Assembly: GCF_009914755.1 (NCBI RefSeq)
Contig: NC_060944.1
Length of the DNA: 64,000 nucleotides
Origin: the human T2T-CHM13v2.0 reference genome, Homo sapiens
Direction: 5' to 3' (one strand)
A program made the translations under genes and the position numbers. The notes beneath the pieces were generated by a model. The model worked only from the letters and a program-made list of their open reading frames with translations. It made no database searches and was not told the origin of the DNA. Of this stretch, positions 18,102-37,677 are shown in pieces. How positions within the stretch are numbered: position 1 is the stretch's first letter; every line of letters begins with the position of its first letter.

Positions 18102-19669
18102 TTAAAAAGAAAAGCTTGACACAAGAATACATTCTGTGCGATTCCACTAGTCTGAAGTTCAGGAATAGGCAGAAGTAATCTATGGGTGGTATAAGTCAGG
18201 TAGTGGTTGGTTTGGGGAGGGTAGTCATGGCCTACAGGAGGCCTTATGGGGTGATGAAATATTCTATATCTTAGTCTGGGTGGTGGTTACACAGATGTAA
18301 ACATATGTGCGGATTCATCAAGCTGTCCACTTACGAGCTGTGAACTTTCCTTTGTGTCACTTACACCCAGTTAAAGATCGTTGCTGAGCACAGTGCTATT
18401 TATTAATAATTTTTATTATAATATTATAATAAATAGCACAGTGCTATTTATTAAATGACTAACAAATGGCAGCTACTAATGCCATCATCATTGTTACCAA
18501 AGCACCAGAGGGGCATGACACTGATGAAGTTATCCACAGTAAGGCTGGATTTGTAAAGCCTTTCAGCTCAGTGCCCTCTGGGGTTTGGGTAGCTTGTCCA
18601 GTCCCTCTGAAACTCCAGTGGCCTTCGGCCCACCTTCTGCCAAGGAGCAGAGTCTTACTTCGCTCACATAAATGGAGAACATTTCCTGTTGGCCTTGGCC
18701 CAGCAGTTGCATTTGGCGTGGGTGCATGTTCTTGGGTCAAATGCCTTTGGCTCTCCTTCCTAGGGGCCTGAATCATTCTGGACAGATGACTTTCCTCTGT
18801 GGTGACCTCAGAACCTGCTGCCCAGACTTCTGGGTTCTGGAGACCAGGTCTGGAGAGGTGGGAGGATAGTTGGGGGAAGGGTCTGGGGCCTCCAGGCTAG
18901 CACACCTGGTTGGGTGTTTGTCCTGGGAGAGGCTCTAGAGCATGGAGGCTTTTTCACTGAAATCTGTTTGCTCTTCTCAGAGCGTAGCCCAAGGCGTGCA
19001 AATGTAAACACCTGTAATGTAATGAGAAGTGAGTTGGAGATGAGAAATGTGTCACTTTCCTTTTGAGTCCTCCATAAGAAGAAAGTGCTCCTCTGGGTAG
19101 CTATGGATTCCATGTTGGGGAGACTGTAGGGAGTGATGGGGACTGGGGTTAACAAAAGTGGCAGCTGCCACTCAGCTCCAGCTGATTGTTGCCATGTGGA
19201 ACATGGGCTCAGTGTGGCCAGGTCTTGGCTCAGTGTGTCCAGGTCTCCTGATTTTTCACAAGAAGTCAGAGATCTGGGTTTCTAAGGGAAATATCCTGAC
19301 TTTGATATCTTGGCATCTGGTTTGGTTTTACTTTTTTTGTTTTTTTTAGGCATGATTGGGCTGACACTGCCTTTGCCCGATGAATGACATCTGTAGACCT
19401 CTGGTGTTAGGAAGGGTGGTCTCAGGCCCATCTGGATTAGACTCCTCCCTCTCCCACTTTTTAGCTTTGTGACCTTGGGCCAGCTCATTTAGTTTCTCTG
19501 AGCCTCGGTTTTATCTCCCATAAAATAAGGTTGAAGAGGAAATAGTTCTTGCCTCACAGGGCCTGTTCCCAGCACATGGTGAGAGTTCATGGAGTGTGCT
19601 CTGTTGGTATCGTGCCCCTCTAGACTGGACCTACATTAACCCTACAGTTCTGTTTTTTCCTTTAATAAA

Positions 19670-19803
19670 TTTTTAATTTTTAAAATAGAGATGGTGCCTC
19701 ACTGTGTTGCCCAGACTGGTCTTGAACTCCTGGCCTCAAGTGACCCTCTCACCTCGGCCTCTCAAAGAATTGGGATTACAGGTGTGAGCCACCGCACCTG
19801 GCC
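19670..19803 (-). mobile_element. Alu left monomer (FLAM-type)
   Basis: Single arm. Confidence 0.8.
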
Positions 19804-20016
19804 CTAAAGTTTCTTTTATGGTTCCCAGCCCAGGGTGGAACCAAGAGGTAAGGTTTGGGGCCTTTCAGCCCCTAGGATTGCCTTCCCTGGCCCCTCATTC
19901 TGAGTAACTACGGTAAACCTCTGGGCAGATATAAACAGTTCCCTGTTGCCTTCAGTTTCAGCCATTGGAGAAGCTGCATCAGAGAAGGGATTTCTCTAAA
20001 AATAAAATAAGAAACA

Positions 20017-20340
<324 letters not shown>

Positions 20341-20884
20341 GGGGAAAAAAAGAGACTTCTTTATTCCCAATTCTTTGGGATTTAGGGGGCGAGGGTGGTC
20401 CTTGAGTCTCCTTTCTACCACTTTCTCTGTCTGCTGTAGGTTGCCAATCCCAGCCCATACCCCCAAGCTCATTCTCACTCCCCCGATTTGTTTCTTTAGA
20501 AATTAACAGAAGGATACGATTCAAGTTTGTTCCCCGGTGCTCTGACCTTGCCCTGGAATTAATTATCTGCTCTTTGCTACATCAGGGTGATTTTCTCCAA
20601 GTTTAGCCTTGTTGAGGAATGAGCTTCTCTCTAGAAATCTGGCCTTGGGGAAGAAAGGGAGGAGACTGAGGACCTTTCCCTGTCACTGGTAACAAATGCT
20701 GGAGCCAGGCAGAGCGTGGAGCTGGGGTGAGACAATGGGGAGGGGTGATGACTGTGGAAACCCCAGTGATCAGGCCCATCTGGAGGGAGCAGTCCCAGCC
20801 TTTGCTGCCCGGGGAGACTCAGGCCCATCATTGCCAAAGCTGCTGACTTAAGAGAAGCTGTAGATCCAGACCTAATTACTTGAA

Positions 20885-22449
<1,565 letters not shown>

Positions 22450-22906
22450 TTCAAAAATTTTTTTTTTTTTTCAAAATATGAGATGAGGAAACCGAGGCCC
22501 AGGGAGGCTAGGGGACCAGCCTGGTGTCATAGTGGAGAACAGTGGAGCAGGGGCTTAGGCTGGGCAGCCTGACACCACATGCCACCCTCTCAGGGCCGAT
22601 TTTTGACCTTGTGGGATCAGAGCGTGAAAAACGAGTATCCCTGAGGACACTGGACACCTAGAGCTAGGTGCCCAGAGAGATGGCAGTGCTGTGACCAGAG
22701 GAGGGCTAGGCGTGGGGAGAGGCATGGAGGAGTTTGGTTTTAGACGTACAGGGCAATGGGGCAAAGGTCTCGGGAAACCGAGGGCAAGGGGGAAATGTTA
22801 TCCTGAACAGTGGTGGGAGCAGATTTTCACGATAACCACAAGAAGTCTGATGTACTTAGGCAGAAAGAGGAGGAAAAACAGGTATAGTTTTCAAAAAAAA
22901 ATTTTA

Positions 22907-23220
<314 letters not shown>

Positions 23221-23532
23221 TCACTAGGCTCAGCCCAAAATCTTGGGGAGGGGATTACATGAGGGTGAGGATACCAGGAGGGTGAGACCACGGGGGGCAC
23301 ATCAGAAGCCGCCTCCACACTCCACGCCAGCATTGTGCTAAACAGCTCATCCTCAGTATCCCAGCGAAAGAAGGACCATCGTCTTGCACCACTGTCCCAG
23401 TGAGCAAAGGAGGGCTCAGAGAGGTGCAGTGAGTTGCCCAAGGTCACAGAGCTCATGGTGGGTAGAGCTAAATTTAAACACTAGCCTGACTCCTTAGTCC
23501 AGCTCCTGCTGTGCCCACTGGTGTTTCTCTAA

Positions 23533-23977
<445 letters not shown>

Positions 23978-24700
23978 TGAGAGCCATGAATATGTGGCCT
24001 TTTTTGCACAGCGAGGATATGATAACATGAAAATGGAATCTCTCGTTCTCTCTCACACACACAGAAGAGTTAGGCTTGGTCCTTGGGTTCTGAAGGAAAA
24101 AGGAACCATCAGCGTCTGATATCAGTGATCAAGGGAAAAATATGTGGCTTCATACAGTTCACTTTTGGGGCCCTTGCCAAGCAGAAGAAAATGAAAACTA
24201 AAGGAGATGGTGCAAGGAAGTACTTAGGACAGTGCCTGCGTGTCGGAAGCATCTGATACATAAGAGTTGTGGCTTTCATTAACATTATTAATGAATATTA
24301 TTCGTAATGATCAACTTGTTAATATTAATTCCAATGCAATGAAAACTGGACTGACTTTGACTTTGGTTTAGAGAAGAGATTCTGATTCTTTCCATTCGCT
24401 CCAGTTCAGTGGTTTAGAAAATGAAGATATTTAGTTTGGGACTGGTGTTGCTGGGTGGTTGGTGGGAAGTGATTAATTTGTGGTTCAGTACATAATACCT
24501 GGGTAGGTCTGGGTCCACAGAGGCGACGATGTTGGTCCTCCCCTGGGGCTCTGAGTTGTTCTTGGGCCTGTATTGCGCAGGATGCCACCTGGCACCTCAG
24601 CCATCATTGGGGTCTGTGTAGACCCTGGCCAACCTCTGAGGCAGGCAGGAGGACACAGTGATGGGGCAGAAGGCCTGATGAGCTGTTTTGTTCCTTGCAG

Positions 24701-24802
24701 ATCAGGAGTGATACTTCACAGATCCTGGAGGAAAACATCCCAGTCCTTAAGGCCAAACTGACAGAAATGCGTGGCATCTATGCCAAAGTGGACCGGCTAG
24801 AG
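24701..24802 (+). CDS. BCAS4: BCAS4 internal coding exon (probable exon 3), 102 nt, IRSDTSQILEENIPVLKAKLTEMRGIYAKVDRLE
   Basis: Acceptor ttttgttccttgcAG, donor GAG|gtacgt at 24803; phase 0/0; open frame continuing the previous exon. Confidence 0.95.
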
Positions 24803-24901
24803 GTACGTCTAGGCAAACGAAGGTTCTGAGGCTGTGGACTTGATCTTGCTTTTGCCTTTTCCGCAAAGACGCCGATCTGGCCTTGAGCATGTCAGGCATT
24901 A

Positions 24902-25285
<384 letters not shown>

Positions 25286-25568
25286 GAATTTGTTTCCAAC
25301 ATTTAAAAATCAGGGTACTTTATATAAAAATCTGCATTTTAAGCTTTTGAAAATTCAGAAGCTTTGATAACCCTGGGCCCACATTTCCTTAAATACTTTA
25401 ATCTGTTTATGTTTCAAGGCATAAATATACAATGTATACACGCCTAAGTATGTAATTTAGTGAATTTTTACATATATCGACATCATGTGATGATGACCCA
25501 AATTGAGAGAGAGAACATTTCCAGCCCCTGGGTTGCATTCTTGCAGTGTTCTTGCAAGAATGGATGGA

Positions 25569-25850
25569 GGCTGGGCGCAGTGGCTCACACCTGTAATCCC
25601 AGCACTTTGGGAGGCTGAGGCGGGTGGATCAATGGAGGCCAAGAGCTCGAAACCACCCTGGCCAACCTGGTGAAACCCTGTCCCTACTAAAAATACTAAA
25701 ATCAACCGGGCGTGGTGACACACACTGAGGAGGCTGAGGCACAAGAATCACTTGAACCTGGGAGGCAGAGGTTGCAGTGAGCCAAGATTGCACCACTGCA
25801 CTCCAGCCTGGGCAACAGAGCAAGACTCTGTCTCAAAAAAGAAAAAAAAA
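25569..25850 (+). mobile_element. Alu (AluS-type) with an internal deletion
   Basis: TSD aatgg(a/g)tgga. Confidence 0.88.
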
Positions 25851-26613
25851 TGGGTGGAGCTGGTGGCTGCTGCTCCTCAGAAGGGCGTGGGCTCTCCAGT
25901 CTTCCACAGTCCCCACCATGCCCTGTTGCCTTACCGCTGACGTAGCTCACCCATCTTTTACTTGCCTGGCTAAGATGCATGGCATCTCATTTCCTCCTTG
26001 TTGCACTGCAGTCAGTCCCCTCACTGCCCCCATCTCCTGGAAGAGGAGCATAAGCTTTGCAAGGTCAGCCACTTCTCTGGGGTCACACTAGTTACATCAA
26101 GACAGGACTCCAGCTCATATGTGCCAGTGCAGACACTCTTCATCCACCTGGGGCCCTGGGCTTGGGACCCTGGCTCCTTGCACAGCAGAGGACCCGGAGG
26201 CTGAGAGGAGCTTGCGGTTGTGTCATAGTCACCTGGCCAGAGGGAACGTGAGCCCCTCCCAAGCTGCAGAGGGAGGGAGCAGGCGTGGCTGTCAGCACCG
26301 AGGTAGCAGAGAATTAACATTCTTGTCAGCAGAGAATGAAGCAGGAATATAATTAAAACTTTGCCCTTGGAATAGCTGATTCATTTGAATTTTATTCCAC
26401 ACGTTTGAAAGAGGAAAGAAAATGTGAAGACTTGCAGCCTGGTTCTCGCCTGGCCTGGGCTGGCCCAGCTGTCAGGCCCGGTTCCTTTCTGAGCATTCAG
26501 TCCACTGATGTTGACTGAGGGCCAGGAGAGACCCTCAGCAGGGTATTACCATATCAGCCTCCTATCGCTGCTGGGAGAAATTACCATGAATTCAGTGGCT
26601 TAAAACAACACAC

Positions 26614-26979
<366 letters not shown>

Positions 26980-27811
26980 ACAACACACATTTATTATCTT
27001 ATAGTTCTGGAAGTCAGAAGCTCAAAATGTGCCTTATGGGGCTAAAGTCAAGGTGGTGGCAGGTTGGCCCGTTCTGGAGGCTCTGGGGAGAATCTTTGCC
27101 TTTCTTTGCCTCTTTTCTTGCCTTTTCCAGATTCTAGCACTGCCTGCATTCCTCAGCTCGTGGCCCCTGCCTCCTCCTTCAAAGCCCACGGAGTGACATC
27201 TTCCTGTCTCTCTGTTGCTGGCCCTCCTGCCTCCCTCTTGTAAGGACCCTTGAGATTACGTTGGGCCTACCTGGATGATTCACAGTGACCTCCCATTCCA
27301 AGATCCTTAACTTAATCACACCTGCAGGATCCCTTTTGCCAAGGAAGGTGACATATTCACAGGTTCTGGGACTAGGACATGAACATCTTTGGGAGCCATC
27401 GTTCTGCTGCCCACACTTCTCCAGGATTTGCTTTCATTAGGCAAGTGCTGTGAAGGGAAGTAGCGACGGAGGTATGGGATCTACAGGACCTTGGAGAATG
27501 AGTGGAAGGAACTGTGTTAGGTGGGTGGGGGAACTGTGGGAACCGTGTTAGGTGGGTGCAGCTCAGGCAGGGGCTCCAGGCAGGATCTTGGCTCTGAGCA
27601 AGGAGGAGATTGGGATGTTGGAAGGATCCTGGGAAGCCAGGTATTGGGGGCAAAGGGGACTCGGACCCCAGTGGGGCCGAAGAAACTGGCAGCAGCAGCC
27701 AGGTTGTCCAACCCTTGCCATCCAAGGTCAGGACTTTGGCCTTTATCCTGAGGAGGAGGAAGCCGCCGAAGAGTCAGGACAGCCTAGTGGTTAGGGGCAC
27801 ACACCCCAGAG

Positions 27812-28015
27812 CCAGGCTTCTCAGCTCCAGTGCTGCTGACCTGGAAAATTCTTTGTTGTGGGGCTGTTCTGGGCATTGTAAGTTGCTTAGCAGCCTCTCT
27901 GGCCTCCACTCACAAGATACTATTAGCATCCCTCCAACCCCACTCCCCAGCGTGACAACCAAACATGTTGCCAAATGTCCCCTGGGGGGCAAGATTGCCG
28001 CGTTTCAAAGCGCTG
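27812..28015 (-). mobile_element. MER20 DNA transposon fossil
   Basis: attctttgttgtggggctgttctgggcattgta...ttgccaaatgtcccctggggggcaagattgcc matches MER20. Confidence 0.75.
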
Positions 28016-28667
28016 ATCTAGAGCTGCATAGCCTGGGTTCAAGTCCTAGTGCTGCTGCCTCCTAGTGTGTGACCTCCAGAAAATTCTGAGCCTCATTTCC
28101 CTGTAAAATGGGAGTTACGGTGGTGAGGTTCTTACACCCAAATCCTTGTCGTATTCAACAAACGTTTGCTGCACTGTAGGCTGCCCTGAGATGGGTGCTG
28201 GGCATATGGCCGAGGGGAGATGTCGGCTTCCCTGCAGGTGGTCCTGGAGGAGCATTAGACAGGGAAGCAGGCCGGGTGGGGTGGGTCAGCCGCAAGAGCA
28301 CACACCAAGGGGTCCTGGCCAGAGCTGGAACAGAGGGGGCTTCCCAAGTGTGTGACCTGGAACCTAAGGCCTGAGATTTGGTGCAGGAATCCTGGGGAGG
28401 GAGCAGCTTGTGCAAAGAAAGGTCCAGAGGCGGGAAAAGGCAGCTTCTCAGGCACCTGGGGCCTGGGAGGAGCTCAAGGTCAGGAATGAGACGGAGTGAG
28501 GGGTGTAGCCCATAGGGTAGGGCCGAGGCCTGGAGTGTGGACCCTGTTCTTAGAATGACAGGACCCATCAGAGGGATTGCAGCTGCTGTAACCCCCGCTC
28601 CCCACAAAGAAGAAAGTCTACATTGATTATTCTTTTTTTGATTCATTCATTCATTCATTCATTGTAG

Positions 28668-29965
<1,298 letters not shown>

Positions 29966-30283
29966 TACTATAAGTTTTAGATAGAGATTGCAAACTCAGA
30001 TGCCAACAGGAGCCAGGACTGCTGAGGGACCAGGTGTTAGAAGACCAACCCCAAGCTCTCCCCATTCCTTTCTGGGAGCAGCTGGAGCTCAGAAGCAACT
30101 GTCACCACCGTGGGGCGTGAATCTCCCGGCTGTCACAGACCTTACTCTGCCCTAGAGTCTCACCAACATTGAGGCTGAGTGGCACTCACCTCCTGTCAAC
30201 ACCCCTGCACGTCTGCTTTCCTTAGAGTAGAGAGAGATTTCTCTGTAACTGATGCTCCATTAAAAGGGGGGAGTCCTAAGTGA

Positions 30284-30635
<352 letters not shown>

Positions 30636-31156
30636 CTGGTGATGTATTTCCTATTAGCTCAAGTGTGTGACATCAAACAATAAAACTGAGGGACCTGCTG
30701 AGAACCTGACATTGTATGGGGCAGGTGGACTCCAGAGCCAGAGAGCTGGGGCTCTGATCTGCCCCTTTGGTAATTCACCAACCCCCTTAGAGTCAGTTTC
30801 AAGGAAGACCCCCATCTCCAGGAAAGGAATGTGCCATCTACCCCTCAGAGTCATTGTGAGGATTAAATGAGACCCGCACCTGCCATCTTGCAGATGCTCA
30901 GCAAGGACAAACTATTATGGTGGTTGTAGTTGTCCACAAGGCTGAGAGAGGGATAATTTGTCCAGGATGGACAGTCACTGTTCTGCCCTGCCAGCCGGGG
31001 GTCCTGGGGTGACTAGAGTGTCAGTGGCTTCCACAGAGTGTAAGTCCACCCTGCCCTCAGAATCAGTGTGACCTGCCAGGTGAGAGCTTGGAAACCATGA
31101 GGTGACCTCTCAGGCCAGAACTTGACCCTTTATCAGTTGTATTAATAAAAACTAAC

Positions 31157-31428
31157 TTTTTTTTGAGACAAGTTCTCGCTCTGTCATCCAGGCTGGAGTG
31201 CAGTGGTGCAGTCACACTTCCTGGCCTCAACCGATCCTCTCACCTCAGCCTCTCGAATAGCTGGGACTACAGGTGTGTGCCACCACGCCCAGCTAATTTT
31301 TTGTATTTTCTGTAGAGATGGAATTTTGCCATGTTGCTCAGGCTTATCTTGAACTCCTGGGTCAAGCAATCTGCCCACTTTGGCCTCTCAAAGTGCCAAG
31401 ATTACAGGCATGAGCCACCATGCCCAGC
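31157..31428 (-). mobile_element. Alu (AluJ-type)
   Basis: TSD aa(t/c)aaaaacta. Confidence 0.88.
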
Positions 31429-31730
31429 CAACAAAAACTAGTACTTTTGAATGCCTACTACAAGCCAGGGACTATGAGTGCTTTACACATAAGAACTCAC
31501 TTCAACTCCACAGCAACCCCAGGAGCAAGGTCCTGCTATTAGTCTCATTTTACAGAAAAAGCCGCCGAGGCACAGAGATGAGAAGTGACGCTCCTGAGTT
31601 CACACAGGTGGGCAGTGGTAGAACTGGGGTTTCAAAGTTTATGTTCCCCCCTCCTGGATGTCAACACACCTTTCTGGACAGGACCCATGCTCTGAAGCTG
31701 GGAATTATTTGGTGGAAGTGTTCAAATTCT

Positions 31731-31842
31731 CCAGGCATAGTGGCTCGGCCTGTAATCCCAGCATTTGGGAGGCCGAAGTGGGAGGATCACTTGAGCGCAG
31801 GAGTTCAAGATCAGCCTGGGCAACATGGCAAGACCCCTGTGT
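31731..31842 (+). mobile_element. Alu left monomer
   Basis: Single arm flanked by duplicated gtgttcaaatt. Confidence 0.8.
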
Positions 31843-32391
31843 CCAGGGGGGAAAATGTGTTCAAATTCCTCAGTACTTGCCAATATATTTTTAAACAATG
31901 AGGCTTTCCTTCCCTCCCTCTCAGCTGATTATAAAAGTAGTATATCTTTATTGAAGAGGAAAATATGCAGAAATCAGTCATGCTCCCTGCACCCAGCCCT
32001 CAGGGTGGCTAAGATTAGCGGTGGGCCCTCTCGCTCACCTGCAGCCACCACATCCTGGCTGTGTGGGTGGACGTGTGCGTCTCCTCTCCCCGGAGTCGGA
32101 GCTGCCCTGGCCCAGGTTTCAGCCTCTCTGGCTGCGGCTTGGCTGGGCTGGCCTCACTGGCAGGCATTTTGGAGACAGTTCAGACATCGCGAGTACACAT
32201 TCCTCAGCTTCGCCTCACACTCTCCACCAGATTGGTATTAACGCTGGGAGCGTAAAATTGGAATCGGCTGGAGGAAGGGGAGTCGGCACTTTCGTCTGAG
32301 TTTTACAAGCATATGTGCTGGCTGAGCCAGGCCTCTGAGGCTAGAGCCCTTGGCATATGCTTCCTGGCCCATTTCCCACCCACCCACCTCT

Positions 32392-32443
32392 ACACACACA
32401 CACACGCACACATCTGCACATACACACACACACACACACACAC
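32392..32443. repeat. Interrupted (CA)n microsatellite
   Basis: Direct reading. Confidence 0.9.
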
Positions 32444-32849
32444 ATGACGTGGCTGATTCAGCCTTTCAGCCCTGCTACAGCCAGAACCCCAGGGTGGCAG
32501 CAGCACGAGAGAAGCCTCCATCTTGGGTTCACCCAATGTCGTTTTGCTAAGGATACACTCACTCACTCATTCACTCATTCATTCATTCATGCACGTGTGC
32601 ATTTATGCATCCGCCACCCATATGGGCCCTGTCTCCTGGACCAGGCTCTGGTCTTGGCCTGTGAGCAGTGCTGACTCAGCAGCTTCTGTTTTAGAACCCA
32701 CATTCTAAAGGGCGTGGACCATGAATAGATAAGAATTTCAGAGGGCAATGAGGGCTGTGAAGACCAGGAATCTGGGTGGCTCCAGAGTGCCTGCCGGGGC
32801 TATATGAGATCAGGTGCTCAGGGACAGTTAGATGGAAGCCAGAAAGACA

Positions 32850-33290
32850 GACTCGGCGCAGTGGCTCACCCCTGTAATCCCAGCACTTTGGGAGGCTGAG
32901 TCAGGTGGAACACCTGGGATCGGGAGTTCGAGGCCAGCCTGGCCAACATGGTGAAACACCGTCTTTATTAAAAATACAAAGTTAGAACGGGTGTAGTGCC
33001 TCACACCTGTAATCCCAGCAGTTTGGGAGGCTGAGGCGGGTGGGTCACCTGAGATTGGGAGTTCGAGACCAGCCTGACCAACACAGAGAAACTCCGTCTC
33101 TACTAAAAATACAAAATTAGCTGGACGTGGTGGTGCTTGCCTGTAATCCCAGCTACTCAGGAGGCTAAGGCAGGAGAATTGCTTGAACTCGGGAGGCAGA
33201 GGTTGCAGCGGGCCAAGATCACGCTATTGCACTCCAGCCTGGGCGACAGAGTGAGACTCCATCTTAAAAAAAACAAAACAAACAAACAAA
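32850..33290 (+). mobile_element. Three-arm Alu (left-left-right)
   Basis: Two successive left monomers before one right monomer. Confidence 0.85.
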
Positions 33291-33919
33291 CACCCACACA
33301 CACAAGCAGGGCCACACCCCATGGAGAAAGGAGAGCAGGGCGCTATAGGCAGGGAGTGGAGGTGCAGAGGCCCTGTGGGGTGAGGCTGGGCACTTTAAAG
33401 GAACCAAAGGGAAGCACGTGGAGGGAGGAGGGAAGGTAGGGCTAGATGGCAGGAGGCCTGACAGGTCTTGGGAGGACTGCATTTCATGGTATTATTGAAG
33501 GAGAGGCTTTCCCAGAAGCAGCCAGCACTGAGGTGTCCTCATTCCTGTTCCTGGTATGAGAAAAATCTTTTCTATTTTACTAATGGAACAAAGCAGGCCA
33601 CAGAGGTGCTGCCTTGTCTGAGATGGCACTGTAGTCCCCACCTCTGCTGCCTTTAGCCATGTACACACGTGCATACGCACACTAACACATGCCCATACAT
33701 GTACTGAGCACAGAGACAGTATGAAAAGACAGACACCAGAGGTCACAAATGGGTGAGTTACATTTTACTGGGCCTGAACAGTATTTTTTTTTAAAGTGTA
33801 GATTTATTGCTAACATTGAATAAAACAAGATTTTTCGTAAAATCTGAATGTCCTTTTTAAAATGATAGTGTCTGAGATTTGATGGGCTCTTAATATGTAC
33901 TAAGCACTCTACTTGTTGA

Positions 33920-34234
<315 letters not shown>

Positions 34235-34360
34235 TGATACTGTTTTTAATCCCCATTTTTCAGATAATAAAATGGAGGCTGATAGAAGTTAAGTAACTTG
34301 CCAAAAGGCACACAAGTAACTGTTGAGAGGTAGAATTTGGATTCTAATCCAGAGAGTCTG

Positions 34361-34598
34361 ATCATAGCTCACTGCAGCCTTGAACTCCTGGGCTCAAGTG
34401 ATCCTCCTGCCCCAGCATCCTGAGTAGCTGGAACTACAGGCACATGCCACCATGCCTGGCTAATTTTTCAATTTTTTGTAGAGATGGGGTTTTACCATGT
34501 TGCCCAGGCTGGTCTTAAATTCCTGGCCTCAAGTGACCCTCCCTGGCTTCAGCCTCCCAAAGTATTGAGATTACAGTCATGAGGTACCATGCCCAGCC
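34361..34598 (-). mobile_element. Alu (AluJ-type), tail missing
   Basis: Starts at atcatagctcactgcagcc. Confidence 0.85.
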
Positions 34599-34637
34599 AG
34601 AATTCTTTTTTTATTTATTTTAATTTTATTTATTTTT

Positions 34638-35558
<921 letters not shown>

Positions 35559-36187
35559 TGAAACTGGCAGCTCTGCACTTGAGGCCTGGAGCTGAGTGGT
35601 CCCTGTGGGCCTGGACTCAGCTTTCTGGTTGACCCTGCTTCCCATTAGGCCCCCTTTACCTGCTTGTTTCCTGCCAGGCCCTTGGTGGCTTCTGAGTTCG
35701 AATATACAGCACATCCACTATTAAAATGAGCAATTGTGTGTCCTTAACGTAGATGAAAAGTACAAATAAATAAATAAGCATTTGGGCTATTTCTATAAAA
35801 TCAACTTTTAACAAAAAAGGCTTTGAAATCTGATGAATGTGCCCTGAGACCCCCGCCCCTGCCCCTGCCACTTCCTGACTTTGTGACTTTGAGCAGGTGA
35901 CCCAGCCTCTCTGAGCCTTGATTTCCCTCCCCTCTAAAATGGAGGCTAAGAACAGGGTCCCTATGGGGAAAAAGCAAGAGGCCACCAGCGGGAGCTGTGA
36001 CCGTTGTCAGGGTTTCTGCAGGTGCCCCTCCAGCTAAGCAGGCCCTGCTGCCTTGCAGGGAGCCCCATTGGAGGGAGGCTGGTCGCAGTGATGAAAGGCC
36101 TGGAGTCCCCACCAGCCCAGGGAGTGTGGCCAGGAATGGGCTCCAGCCTGCACAGATGCGGCATCATGGCTTCTCCGTGTCCCTCAG

Positions 36188-36322
36188 GCCTTCGTCAAGA
36201 TGGTTGGACACCACGTCGCCTTCCTGGAAGCAGACGTGCTTCAGGCTGAGCGGGACCATGGGGCCTTCCCTCAGGCCCTGCGGAGGTGGCTGGGATCCGC
36301 AGGGCTCCCCTCCTTCAGGAAC
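36188..36322 (+). CDS. BCAS4: BCAS4 internal coding exon (probable exon 4), 135 nt, AFVKMVGHHVAFLEADVLQAERDHGAFPQALRRWLGSAGLPSFRN
   Basis: Acceptor ttctccgtgtccctcAG, donor AAC|gtgagt at 36323; phase 0/0; overlaps ORF-track frame 36200..36508. Confidence 0.95.
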
Positions 36323-36581
36323 GTGAGTATCCTGCCCCGAGAAGTGAGGGGAGGGCCTCTCCCCCTTCGCTCCGCAGACCCCAGCGTGGGGAGGAGCATG
36401 CAGGAAGCAGAGTTCAGGGGGGCACATTTCACTTCTGCAGACAGGAAACGGGTACAGGCGGCCAGGCACCTCAGCCTTTCTCTGTCCCCTGTGAGCCCTG
36501 GGCTGTGACGGTTCGTGTGCTCATGTACCATTTATTGGGCGCCTACTGTTTGCTGAGTGCCATCTGAGGTTACTGTGGTGA

Positions 36582-37186
<605 letters not shown>

Positions 37187-37389
37187 TAAGGGGACTTGTC
37201 TGAGGCCACGGGCCTGGAGCGCCTGTTTCTGGTGACTTGCCCCCTTCACAGGAAAGGTGTCACCTAGCGGGGCCTCTTGTGGCTCCTTGGGCTCTGCCTG
37301 CAGGTATCCCCTCTACTGCCCTGTCTCCACTGTTCCTACCTGTCCACACCTTATCTCCACTTTATCACAGCAGCCCATTTAGTGAGTGC

Positions 37390-37677
37390 TTTTTGTTTTT
37401 GAGATAGGATCTCATTCTGTCACCCAGACTGGAATGCAGGTGTGATCCTAGCTCATCGCAGCCTGGAACTCCTGGGCTCAAGTGATCCTCCCACCTTAGC
37501 CTCCCAAGTAGTTGGGACTGCAGGCACGCACCATCACACCTGGCTAATTTTTCTTTTTGTAGAGACAGAGGCTCGCTTTGCTGCCCAGGCTGGTCTCCAT
37601 CTCTTGGACTTCAGCGATCCTCCTGCCTTGACTTCCCAAAGTGCTGAGATTACAGGCATGAGCTACCATGCCTGGCC
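37390..37677 (-). mobile_element. Alu (AluJ-type)
   Basis: TSD tgagtgctt. Confidence 0.88.

Noticed and set aside
32445-32452. TGACGTGG (UPRE/CRE-like) next to the CA repeat, and a CACGTG E-box at 8418-8423
   Set aside because: Short motifs expected by chance in 64 kb; no independent support
36323-36508. ORF continuing past the third BCAS4 exon
   Set aside because: Strong gtgagt donor at 36323; the continuation is intronic read-through
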